A DNA stretch of 64,000 nt, from NCBI GenBank assembly GCA_002269645.1, contig NIVC01000648.1, forward strand, positions 73,829 through 137,828. Reading direction: 5' to 3'. The stretch's first letter is position 1. Each line of letters opens with the position of its first letter. The notes below the pieces were generated by a model. The model was not told the DNA's origin and did no database searches. It worked only from the letters and a program-made list of their open reading frames with translations. Of the stretch, positions 1 to 11,484 are shown one piece after another. This DNA is from Macrostomum lignano (taxonomy: Eukaryota). The position numbers and the translations under genes were made by a program.

Positions 1-124
1 GCCAGTCTTTGTTGCACTCGCAGTGGCTGTCTAGAAAGGTCAACACGTGACCAGTGGCGGCGTTGGCTCCGCGAATTCTCGACCGCATTAGGCCTTCACG
101 ACGATTGTTGCGGATTAGGCGAAC
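1..124 (-). CDS. GALNT2: GALNT2-like exon 3, truncated by the window edge
   Basis: Manual translation after acceptor cag at 125-127 gives [41 protein letters not shown], with the DxH metal-binding motif intact. Confidence 0.93.
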
Positions 125-429
125 CTGCCGGGTTTAGTGAAGGTGCAAGAATATTATTGCAAAATCGGTTTATATAAAACTGATAGTTGGCCCAATAGTG
201 GGTTCAGAATATAGTTGTCTCAGGTTAATTATCTCGCAAATTTATAAACTTATTAAAAGATCTCGACTCTCACATTGAAGTTCCTGGGTTGTCAGATGGG
301 CTTCCGGTGTGCCTAGCAAAATTGCATAACATGTAGCTAACACATGTTACATTGGTAATACTAATTAGATGACGAAGAATTTACGTATCTTAAAACTAGG
401 ATAGTTACTCTTGCCGTTTATCCACGCTA

Positions 430-1045
430 CAATATGGTGATAAACCCAATATGGTGATGGACCCAATATGGTAATGAATTCAATATAGTGATGGATCCAG
501 TATGATGATGGATCTAATATGGTGATGGATACAATTGGGTGATGGATCCAGCATGGTGATGGATCCAATATAGTGGTGGATCCAGTATGATGATAGATCT
601 AATATGGTGATGGATACAATAGGGTGATGAATTCAGTATGGTGATGAATCCAGTATGATAATCGATCCAGTATGATGATGGATCTAATATAGTGATGGAT
701 ACAATTGGGTGATGAATTCAGTATGGTGATGGATCCAATAGTGGTGGATCCAGTATGATGATGGATCTAATATGGTGATGGATACAATTGGGTGATGAAT
801 TCAGTATGGTGATGGATCCAATAGTGGTGGATCCAGTATGATGATGGATCTAATATGGTGATGGATACAATTGGGTGATGGATCCAGCATGGTGATGGAT
901 CCAATATAGTGGTGGATCCAGTATGATGATGGATCTAATATAGTGATGGATACAATAGGGTGATGAATTCAGTATGGTGATGAATCCAGTATGATGATGG
1001 ATCTAATATGGTGATGGATACAATTGGGTGATGAATTCAGTATGG
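430..1045. repeat. Intronic minisatellite, ~17-bp monomer with an 83-bp higher-order period
   Basis: Recurrent ggtgatggatccaatat / agtatgatgatggatctaat variants; gtggtggatcc recurs at 741 and 824. Confidence 0.9.
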
Positions 1046-1062
1046 TATCAAGCCATGCTTAC

Positions 1063-1416
1063 CTTGGCTATTTGAGTCAGCAGTTTACCAGTGTCCTCGT
1101 CCGTACTAAAATCGTCAACAAGAATAATCTCGCGAACCAGATGGTAGGGCGACATCCGGAACACGCTGAGCACAGTGCGCACCAAGGTAGACCTGGCTTC
1201 GTTATGAAACGTTATAACAACGCTAGTATCGGGCAAATCTGTCGAATCGTATTGAATCGAACGGCACTGCGATTCCCTAGTATCCGGCACATCTCGAATA
1301 GCTGAAACACTGTCGCTAACCTGCTGGTTGAATTTGTTCTTGGCGTATTTGTCCTCGCCAGCGTGCCAGGCACCGCCGGCCACGTAGGCCTTCCAATCGA
1401 AGTTGGTCCACATTAC
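1063..1416 (-). CDS. GALNT2: GALNT2-like exon 2 (start of GT-A catalytic domain)
   Basis: YAKNKFNQQVSD...DLPDTSVVITFHNEARSTLVRTVLSV...EIILVDDFS matches the GalNAc-T signature. Acceptor caag|GTA at 1416, donor AAG|gtaagc at 1063. Confidence 0.93.
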
Positions 1417-1838
1417 CTTGGCAACGGGTTGGGATCACTTAGCAACCGGTCTAATAAATGGCTGTAGTAGCCTGTATTTTAGGTTTTTGTTTTTTTGGCA
1501 AAACACTTGAAATTGACCAATAAAATCTGTCGCTATATGATTTTCTGAAGCCACACAACAAATAATAGTAATACTGAAATCGTCCATCTAAACCACAGAT
1601 AGTAGAAAAACTAGATACAGTAGGCCACTCAGCACATTTGCATGTAAGCTACTTTCAGTTCAGTACATGTAGTAAGTTGAACAGAAACATTTTAATGCAT
1701 TTTTAAAACCAAGGCTCACTAATTGTCTCTTAACCCCCCAGCTTAAACCCTCCAACCGCGCCTTTCCACACTACTCCCTACCCCTCCCCAATTTTATTGC
1801 CTTTCTCTGAATTCCAGTCTGAAGCTGCCATGTACATT

Positions 1839-2372
1839 TCAGTGGACTGGCCAATGTACATTATGGCTGAACCAATTAGCAAGCTGTTTACGCCTGCAAG
1901 CTTGAACTTCTAAACTTATCAAAGTCATTTCAGCTGCCTTTATTTCTATAAAATTGCTTATGTACTCTTCTTTGCTACTGAACTGAAAGTAGAAAGCTGT
2001 TTTACTAAGTATATGTATATGTGCCCTTAGTGTCTTTAGTATCTGTGATCTAAACCGATCAAGACTCTGAAATACAAGCAACACCAATCTCACCTGTTGC
2101 TCCTGACTAGCACTACTAGCCTGGCTGTCAGCTGCCTGTTGCCCAGTGATAACAATGTCAATATTTTTTGCCCGATCTTTTTTGTCAATCGATTCAGCTT
2201 TTGCTCGTCGAATGCTGGCGGGACCGAATCCGCCGCCGCCACCATTGTCACTATTGTCAGCAAAAGAGTTACTGGAATCGGCTGAGTTTAAATAATAAAA
2301 GTACATAGCCGAGGCAAATATCCAAACCAGAAAGAAGCCCAGCATCCATCGGCGACACGAACGGCGAAACAT
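1839..2372 (-). CDS. GALNT2: Polypeptide N-acetylgalactosaminyltransferase 2-like, exon 1 (coding 2372-2094): cytoplasmic tail, transmembrane anchor, stem
   Basis: MFRRSCRRWMLGFFLVWIFASAMYFYYL is a type II membrane anchor. Phase-0 donor CAG|gtgaga at 2094 matches the phase of exon 2; the rest of the ORF to 1839 is intronic. Confidence 0.8.
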   Translation of the reverse strand: MFRRSCRRWMLGFFLVWIFASAMYFYYLNSADSSNSFADNSDNGGGGGFGPASIRRAKAESIDKKDRAKNIDIVITGQQAADSQASSASQEQQVRLVLLVFQSLDRFRSQILKTLRAHIHILSKTAFYFQFSSKEEYISNFIEIKAAEMTLISLEVQACRRKQLANWFSHNVHWPVH

Positions 2373-5300
2373 GATTGCTTCTGCCTGTTCCTCACCAGCT
2401 TAGGGTGGCTTAGCTGACAGACTTCAGCTGATTGACAGTTTATGGTATTATAATTATCTGTGCTAGAGTTTTATTTGGTACATTGAGCTGAAGTAAGCGT
2501 TTTTTAATGCATGTAAAACATAAAGCTAAATACACAAAGCATGAGAAAAAATGCACATACAAATTTACACTGCTTATTTACAAGAGCAAATGAAGTTCCT
2601 GCATACAAATGACTTTTTGCAAAGTTGGCATACACATTCATACCATGTTTGGTATACAAATTGTGGTAGACAAAAAGTATATGTAATTTTGAAGTGCATA
2701 TTAATTTTATATAAATAAAATGTATTTATGGATGCTTGCTATCTAGGTTGCTTTCTATCTGGGAAAGCTTACTATTAGGGAGATACTTGCTATCTGCAGG
2801 ATGCTTATTGTCTTAGGGATGTTTTCCATTTAGAGGGAATGCCTGCTATCTTTGTGAAGGCTTTATTTTACTGTTTTTTTGCTACTTTTAGTAAAAAAGA
2901 TTCATAGCAAAAAATTTTGTTGTGACATCTATATACTATTTTACTCAAAAAGGCAATTTATAAAACTGAAAAAAGAATTAGTTTTTTCTCTAAAGAAAAG
3001 CCATAGGCCTATACCTATTAGAAGTTGGACAAGATAAGATCTTGATCTCATGATTGATATTTAAGATTTACTTTTTTCTAATCAAATCTCAATCAAATCT
3101 TGATTTTAAAAAGTGCCAACAATCTGAGATATAAAAAATAAGCTAAAATAAAGAGCTTTAGGTTGAATACCAAAATTATGAATACAATATAGATTACTTA
3201 GATATTAATACAAGTATATTGAATCTAAAATTCAAATTAGTGCCAAAATTGAACTCATTTTAATTTTTAGTGTTACTTATGTTAGGGATTCAGCCAAGAG
3301 TTTAGATAAATAATTATGCTATCAAAATCATATTTTTTTACAAATTAGAGGCTATGTTTTTAATGGAAGTATACAAATTTCATTTTTTAAATATATCAAA
3401 TAATTAAAAAATAGAACTGTTATTTTTTGTTTTGGCTTTCTTCTCTTTAAATTAAGTATTTCAATTTTCAAGGTCTCAATTGAATCTTATATTGGATTGT
3501 CAAATAATAATAAAACTAGTGATGGATACAAATATTTTGATTTGGAATCCAAATCTGAAAAAGTCTCACTTCTTAGAAATCCAAATGTTTTGGATTTGGA
3601 AATTTTATTTTTTAAATTTCCAAATATGCTTCCAAATATGAAAAAAATCAAAACAACTAAACAAAATTATGCAAACATAAAAGAAATAGAACTTTTAAAA
3701 CAAGAAAGTAAATTTTAAAAATGAGAATGCAAAATTTAATGTCATATTGCTTGTTTCTTTACAATTTATCTATTTTTGCAGTAATGTAGAGGCCTATATT
3801 TTAAAAAATTGTTATTAAGTAAAGTTATTTAACTTGGGACCTTTGAAGCATTTAGCCTAAAGTTGAAAAAACAGTTTTAATTAACCATTGTTTAAGTGTA
3901 ACCATTACTATTTTTTTTTCAAAATGTAAATGCAATGGACTTTACATGCATTATACATAGTAAAGTCATCAAATTGCAAAAACATAATATCAGTTAGCAT
4001 TAGTGATTGGAATTAGTTAGATTAGATATATAAGAATTAAGTTCAATTCTAAGTTCAATTCAATTTAGATACTAAATAAATTTAATATAAGCCCAAGATA
4101 GATTGAATCTTATCAGTAAATTAAAATGTAGCACTAATACAATTACTAATTAGGTGATGAGGCATTTTTGTCACTGAAAGATGGCATAGTTACTCTCACC
4201 ATTTACCTTTCACTTTTTGTCTACATTTGGAAGCACATTCGGATATTTGGATTCTGATTCTAATTTTTTTGTACATTTGGATTAAGTTTTAGAAACTTGC
4301 AAAAATCTATATTTAGTCCATCATTAATTAAAATCTTTTCAAAAATTCAATATTGTCTAGCTTCTATTATATACAAATATTTAGTCTATTGGTTGATACT
4401 AATAGGCCTACTAGTTGATTTTTTTGTTTATTATGTAGGGATTACTTCTGTCCTTATAAATAATCTTACAATGCCACCAGCTATTACAGGGGTTATTTCT
4501 TTTAGGCACTGTCTATGCTATTCTTATACTCTTCTAAAGATATTATTCTCTCAGTCCTAGGCATTCCTAAGATCAGAGGGTCATAGCTTACTTGCTATGT
4601 ATTCCGCCCTAAGGTGGGTTTTTCAGACTGAGTCTAGACTTCTTTACCCTATGGTAGGATTCTTGCTTTCTAAAGGCAATTTCTTGGATACTAGATCTGG
4701 ATTTCTCATTTTTCTGAAAATGGTTTGAACTCTCCCAATTTTGGGGCTTTTTAGGCCCCTAGTGCTTCTACCTAAATAACTAAGTCAGTAAGTATTGAAC
4801 AAGGCTTCAATTTTGAGATATTAGAATAATTTCAAGCTTGAAGCAAGTAGCAGACAAGTTGGTTTCTTCTTTCTTTTCAAATACAATAGGCCTACTTTCT
4901 AAGAAAACGAGCAATGCTAAATAAGGCCCATTTCAATTAGGCCTATATTAGTTTTCCTAAAAAACAAGTTAGACATTTTTAAAAACTAAGCTTCAGAAAG
5001 GAGGTGCAATTCCTTACTTGGCCTAGCCCTGTAGCTGTATAGAATTGAATTTGATTGCAATTTAGTAAATAAAAAATTATCAAAAATAAATGGGCTTATT
5101 ATTTATATATAGACCCTAGTAGGTTATTAATATAAGTATATAAAAAGTTCAATTTTGTTAGATAAATAGGGGCCTAATTAAGTATGAATTCAATGATTGA
5201 GAACCACAACATCCAGTATTGCAACTGAGATGCAACACATAACATCCATTAATAGGAACAAAACTCTAGTTCTAGACTTTCTAAGCTTGCATCTCAGTTA

Positions 5301-7241
5301 CATACGCCTATAAAACTTGTGCCTAAGATTTATGCCTAAGCCTATGAAGACTTAGACTAGGGCCTAGGTCTAGGTCTAGGAGCTTAATAAATAAAGTATA
5401 TTATTCAAAATTTAAATTAAATTTCCTGTCAAGCAATATAGCAATTTGCTTGGGCAATTTGTTTAGGCCTACCTAAATGCTGTAAACATAAAAATCGCAA
5501 CCTTCCGAATGGCAACACTTCTAATGATAATTTTCTGCGCGATTTTATTTATTTAGTTAGACCTATTCAAAAAACATTGGTCAACTCAACTGCTTCGCCA
5601 GTTCGCTTTAAAAGTGAGTCTATTACTACAAACGTGAGTGAAAGGGGGAGTTTATTTTTTGAAATATAACTAATACAATACATAAGGGTTCCGGTTCATC
5701 ACTGTTCTGTATCAGTATTAGCCAATTTCTAAGCCTCGTTTCGTGTAAATCTGTGGCAGGCGGATGCCACTATTGATTTGAAGTTCGAAACGGTGACAAA
5801 TTTTGCCTGTCGGAACTGCCCGTGTGGTGCTCCTTGTTTGCCCTCCAGAGTCTGGATTTGCGTCCATTGCGTTTTCCATTGTATTTTCCACGCGGTGCGC
5901 GTTCGTTCCCAGGTGCTGGTTCATTTGTTGGAATGCGCTCCCCACGGTTTATTTTTGCTCTATCCAGCGCTTGTACAGTGCGCATCCATTGCTTAGTCCC
6001 GTCACTGCTCCAGCGGGAGAGCTACTTTTACCTGTTATATAAACCCTACCTTTTGGTGCGATAATGTAAGTGTGAGTTTTTCCCCTCTGCTCGACTCTGG
6101 CTCTGTTTTAAACATCTTCCTCTGCACATTTCTCTCGTTTAACCAGTTTATAATTACCCGGCGCCGCCGACGAATTACACTCGCTCGTAGTCATTAATAT
6201 TTTAATAATAATTAGTAAGCCTGCTCAATTCCATCTTAAGGAACATTTAATAAACGATAAGCCCCATTTATTCATTAAACTATAAGCCATAGTATTTATT
6301 TGAGTCATTTGCCCGTGGGGCGTAAAACAACCAAGTTCTCATCTCAAAGATAGCTCTGAGACTTATCCGTTCCGTAATACGTAAATTACGGTGGTGGCAG
6401 CAACTACCCTACTGAAAGTAACAAACTCAGCTATTCGACGCATTATTTTACGGAGTCAGGAATCTCCGATTACAGTGTTTCATCGATTTGAACGACCTCG
6501 CCGCTACACGACTGCTCCGCTACGATTACGACTACCCTCCCCCGGAACTTGAGGACCCCGGCTGTCGGAGTAAAAAGGAGAAAAAATTTTCCTGTTGAGA
6601 TTCGTCTGCGCGATTTTCCGGTTTTAATCGTGCGAACTCAACATTCGGCGGCAATTCAAACGAGGAATCCGCCCCACCTCACTGGAGTCAGTAAATTTTC
6701 AAAACCGACCAAATTCCAAGAGAAAATCTTCTCCACCCCCACCTCATAACTCTTCGCGGAGCCGCGGGTCCAACTTGCAACTTGTGCACAGTTTAAATGA
6801 ACTTAATAGTTAAAACAAATCAACAATAGTTTCTATCAAACCAACCAATCTAATTAAAGTATCACTTTTTAGACAGAATATTGCTAAAATTTCATACTAA
6901 CAGCTTTCAAAAGCTTTATTTTGTATCAAAAGCACTGTTTTTTCAAGGCTTTAATTCTTGTTTTCTGGTTAAGTCTATTGTTTGTTACGTGTGTTGAATA
7001 ATGGCAGAAAATTGCAACTTTCAAACTTTGGCAACGTTTTCAGTATGAGTGATCTGAGATTTTATGTTAAGTATTTCATGCAATATTCAATACACTGGTC
7101 CGATTTAGAAAAATCCCTACTCGCCGTTCTTTTCCAGACTTATAGTGAGATCTGAGTATACATATCTGCTTGTAACACACGGAATTGTACCATGCCAATT
7201 GAAATTTTGTGACTTTATTGTATTCCAGGGCATATGACGAT

Positions 7242-7418
7242 GGCGACATTTGGCCGACGTTCCCGACGTCTATCGACGTCGATGACAAATATGTGCTTAA
7301 TTGTATTACATCGACGGATAACGACAACATGTGTCGGCTGAATGTCGTTGTAATGCAAAAGTACATATATTTTTTAATCAACATCGATAGACGTCGCGGA
7401 ACGTCGGCCGACGTCGCC
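7242..7418. mobile_element. Small MITE-like inverted-repeat element
   Basis: ggccgacgttcccgacgtctatcgacgt (~7252) is the near reverse complement of acatcgatagacgtcgcggaacgtcggcc (~7381). No TSD identified. Confidence 0.5.
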
Positions 7419-8377
7419 GAAAGTCGGATTGCTGCGGGAATGGGACACACTGTGTTTGTAATAGACTGAATCATATTCAGCTCACTATATATCATAATAA
7501 AAGTTTTGGCTTATTGATACGCAAGCTTGTGTTTACATTTACTTCCACAAATGTCACTAAAATATGCATGTACATAAAAAAAACATGTACATCATGAATC
7601 TGTTATCTTACTTAACTTGGAAACATCGAAGCCGCTTGCCGCCTTCTTTCAGTAGCCTATTCTAATTATTATCGTAGTCCATGTTCGGTTTAGGTTGCAC
7701 CAAATATTATTCATGGATAGCTTTGGCTTCCACAACCCAGATAAAACCCCCACCAGTCGACACTTATACAATACATGTATGATGAGATCCACCACTTAAG
7801 ACTCAACGCACCACAAACTGCGATATATAGATCTTCATTTTAAATGAAATTTTGCACTGGAAAGCCTCTAAATGCAAACGCAAAATTTAAAAGTAAGTAT
7901 ACTACATGTAAGTAGATGAACGAGAAACCTATATATAAAAAGGAAACGAATCCAGTGCCAGCTAGCACTAAGCTACTACTAGTACGAACGGATCAGTAGT
8001 GTACAAGAGTCCTAGCTAGAATGAAAAAAAGTCAAAGATGCTGTAAACTAAACAATGTTACGAGTAAATGTACTGCCCCTTTTCCGAACCGTACCAATGT
8101 TAGTGGTGTTCAGCCGATCCTATTAAAACAAAAATACAGTCGAACAAGCTAATCCGATTAAAGAAATTGCAATTGCTAGCACAATACAGGTGTACGTAGG
8201 GTTCTACCTTCTAACAATTATAAACTCCCAATCCAAGCTATTTAACGTCATTCAAGATATCCACCTACAAAAAACAAAAACAAAACATTACAAGTGCAAG
8301 TATACTTTTGCGACTGAAAAACCTGATGACAAGATATATTTGAGCAGTCAGTTGTTTTTAGCTACGATCTTTATGGC

Positions 8378-11038
8378 CTAGTTCCTGTTCTCCAGCCACT
8401 CCAGAACCTTCACCAGCAGATCCCTGGCGATGCCAGAAGCCTCCTGCACCAGCCTCTTGGCCAACTCGATAGCGGCCTGCTTGCCGTGCTCAGCCAGCTC
8501 CCTCAGGATGGCCTTGATCTGCTCCATGTCGATACCGATGATGTCCAGGATGTAGGCGTCGTCGTTGCGGTTCTCCAGCCACTCCAGAACCTTCACCAGC
8601 AGATCCCTGGCGATACCAGAAGCCTCCTGCAGCAGTCTCTTGGCCAGCTCGATAGCAGCCTGCTTGCCGTGCTCAGCCAGCTCCCTCAGGATGGCCTTGA
8701 TCTGCTCCATGTCGATACCGATGATGTCCAGGATGTAGGCGTCGTCGTTGCGGTTCTCCAGCCACTCCAGAACCTTCACCAGTAGATCCTTGGCGATGCC
8801 AGAAGCCTCCTGCAGCAGCCTCTTGGCCAGCTCGATAGCAGCCTGCTTGCCGTGCTCAGCCAGCTCCCTCAGGATGGCCTTGACCTCCTCGATGTTGATA
8901 CCGATGATGTCCAGGATGTAGGCGTCGTCGTTGCGGTTTTCCAGCCACTCGAGGACACGGATGAGGATGTCCTTCAAAGCTCCCTGGGCCTCCTGCAGCA
9001 GTCTTTTGGCCAGCTCGATAGCAGCCTGCTTGCCGTGCTCAGCCAGCTCCCTCAGGATAGCCTTGACCTGCTCGATGTCGATACCGATGATGTCCAGGAT
9101 ATAGGCGGACCTCTGACGCTCCAGGATCTCGAGCACCTTGATGAGGATGTCCTTCAGGGCTCCTTGAGCGTGCTCCAGCATCCTCTTGGCCAGCTCGATA
9201 GCGGCGTCCATACCGTTCTGAGCGAGCTCCCTCAGGATGGCCTTGACCTCTTCGATGTTGATGCCGATCAGATCAAGAATGAACGGGCTCTTGTGAACTC
9301 CGAGCTTTCCCTCGATCTCCAGAATAATGATCTTCTCCATAAGTCTCATGAGCATATCCTTCATAATTCCCTGAGCTCCATCCATGAGCTCTTGAACCAG
9401 TTTCTTCGCAGCCTCAGTACCCTCCTCTCTTAGAGTCTCCATAATGCGATCGATGATAGACTGCTCATCAAAAGCCTGAATAGATTCGTTGCGATTCTCG
9501 AGCCACTCCAGAACCTTCACCAGTAGATCTTTGACAATGCCAGAAGCCTCCTGGATCATCTTCTTGGCCAGCTCAATAGCGGCCTGCTTGCCGTGCTCAG
9601 CCAGCTCCCTCAGGATAGCCTTGACCTCCTCGATGTTAATACCGATGATGTCCAGGATGTAGGCGTCGTGGTTGCGGTTCTGCAGCCACTCGAGTACCCG
9701 AATGAGGATGTCCTTCAGAGCACCTTCGACGACCTCCTGCAGCAGCTTCTTGGCCAGCTCGATAGCGGCCTGCTTGCCGTGCTCAGCCAGCTCCCTCAGG
9801 ATGGCCTTGACCTGCTCGATGTCGATACCGATGATGTCCAGGATGTAGGCGGACCTCTGACGCTCCAGGATCTCGAGCACCTTGATGAGGATGTCCTTAA
9901 GAGCTCCTTGGGCTTCCTCCAGCATCCTCTTGGCCAGCTCGATAGCGGCCTGCTTGCCGTGCTGAGCGAGCTCCCTCAGGATGGCCTTGACCTCCTCCAC
10001 GTCGATGCCGATCAGGTCCAGGATGAAAGCGTCGTCGTTGCGGTTCTCCAGCCACTCCAGAACCTTCACCAGCAGATCCCTGGCGATGCCAGAAGCCTCC
10101 TGCAGCAGTCTCTTGGCCAGCTCGATAGCGGCCTGCTTGCCGTGCTCAGCCAGCTCCCTCAGGATGGCCTTGATCTGCTCCATGTCGATACCGATGATGT
10201 CCAGGATGTAGGCGTCGTCGTTGCGGTTCTCCAGCCACTCCAGAACCTTCACCAGCAGATCCTTGGCGATGCCAGATGCCTCCTGCAGCAGTCTCTTGGC
10301 CAACTCGATAGCGGCCTGCTTGCCGTGCTCAGCCAGCTCCCTCAGGATGGCCTTGATCTGCTCCATGTCGATACCGATGATGTCCAGGATATAGGCGGAC
10401 CTCTGACGCTCCAGAATTTCGAGGACCTTGATGAGGATGTCCTTCAGGGCTCCTTGAGCGTGCTCCAACATCCTCTTGGCCAGCTCGATAGCGGCGTCCA
10501 TACCGTTCTGAGCGAGCTCCCTCAGGATGGCCTTGACCTCCTCGACGTCAATGCCGATCAGGTCGAGAATGAATGCGTCGTCATTGCGGTTCTCCAGCCA
10601 CTCGAGGACACGGATGAGGATGTCCTTCAGAGCTCCCTGGGCCTCCTGCAGCAGCTCTTGGCCAGCTCGATAGCGGCCTGCTTGCCGTGCTCAGCCAGCT
10701 CCCTCAGGATGGCCTTGACCTGCTCGATGTCGATACCGATGATGTCCAGATGTAGGCGGACCTCTGACGCTCCAGGATCTCGAGCACCTTGATGAGGATG
10801 TCCTTCAGAGCTCCCTGAGCGTGCTGCAACATCTTTTTGGCCAGCTCGATAGCGGCCTGCTTTCCGTTCTGAGCGAGCTCCCTCAGGATGGCCTTGACCT
10901 CCTCCACGTCGATGCCGATCAGGTCCAGGATGAAAGCGTCGTCGTTGCGGTTCTCCAGCCACTCCAGAACCTTCACCAGTAGATCCTTGCAATGCCAGAA
11001 GCCTCCTGCACCAGCCTCTTGCCAGCTCGATAGCGGCC
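8378..11038 (-). CDS. Tandem helical-repeat polyprotein, copy A (5' end lost in N-gap; at least 15 units of ~60/61 aa)
   Basis: 707-aa ORF 8378-10501 continues upstream through single-base deletions (~10655, ~10749, ~10990, ~11020) to the gap. Units of 180/183 bp; ends ENRN-TAG at 8378. Confidence 0.85.
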
Positions 11039-11484
11039 NNNNNNNNNNNNNNNNNNNNNNNNNNNNNNNNNNNNNNNNNNNNNNNNNNNNNNNNNNNNNN
11101 NNNNNNNNNNNNNNNNNNNNNNNNNNNNNNNNNNNNNNNNNNNNNNNNNNNNNNNNNNNNNNNNNNNNNNNNNNNNNNNNNNNNNNNNNNNNNNNNNNNN
11201 NNNNNNNNNNNNNNNNNNNNNNNNNNNNNNNNNNNNNNNNNNNNNNNNNNNNNNNNNNNNNNNNNNNNNNNNNNNNNNNNNNNNNNNNNNNNNNNNNNNN
11301 NNNNNNNNNNNNNNNNNNNNNNNNNNNNNNNNNNNNNNNNNNNNNNNNNNNNNNNNNNNNNNNNNNNNNNNNNNNNNNNNNNNNNNNNNNNNNNNNNNNN
11401 NNNNNNNNNNNNNNNNNNNNNNNNNNNNNNNNNNNNNNNNNNNNNNNNNNNNNNNNNNNNNNNNNNNNNNNNNNNNNNNNNNNN
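11039..11484. other. Assembly gap (446 N)
   Basis: Run of N; the indels in the flanking repeat sequence are consistent with a low-quality contig end. Confidence 1.

Noticed and set aside
5700-6760. Short overlapping ORFs upstream of GALNT (5718-6064, 6549-6749)
   Set aside because: No recognisable domain or splice-consistent structure; possibly decayed transposon sequence, not supportable as a gene.
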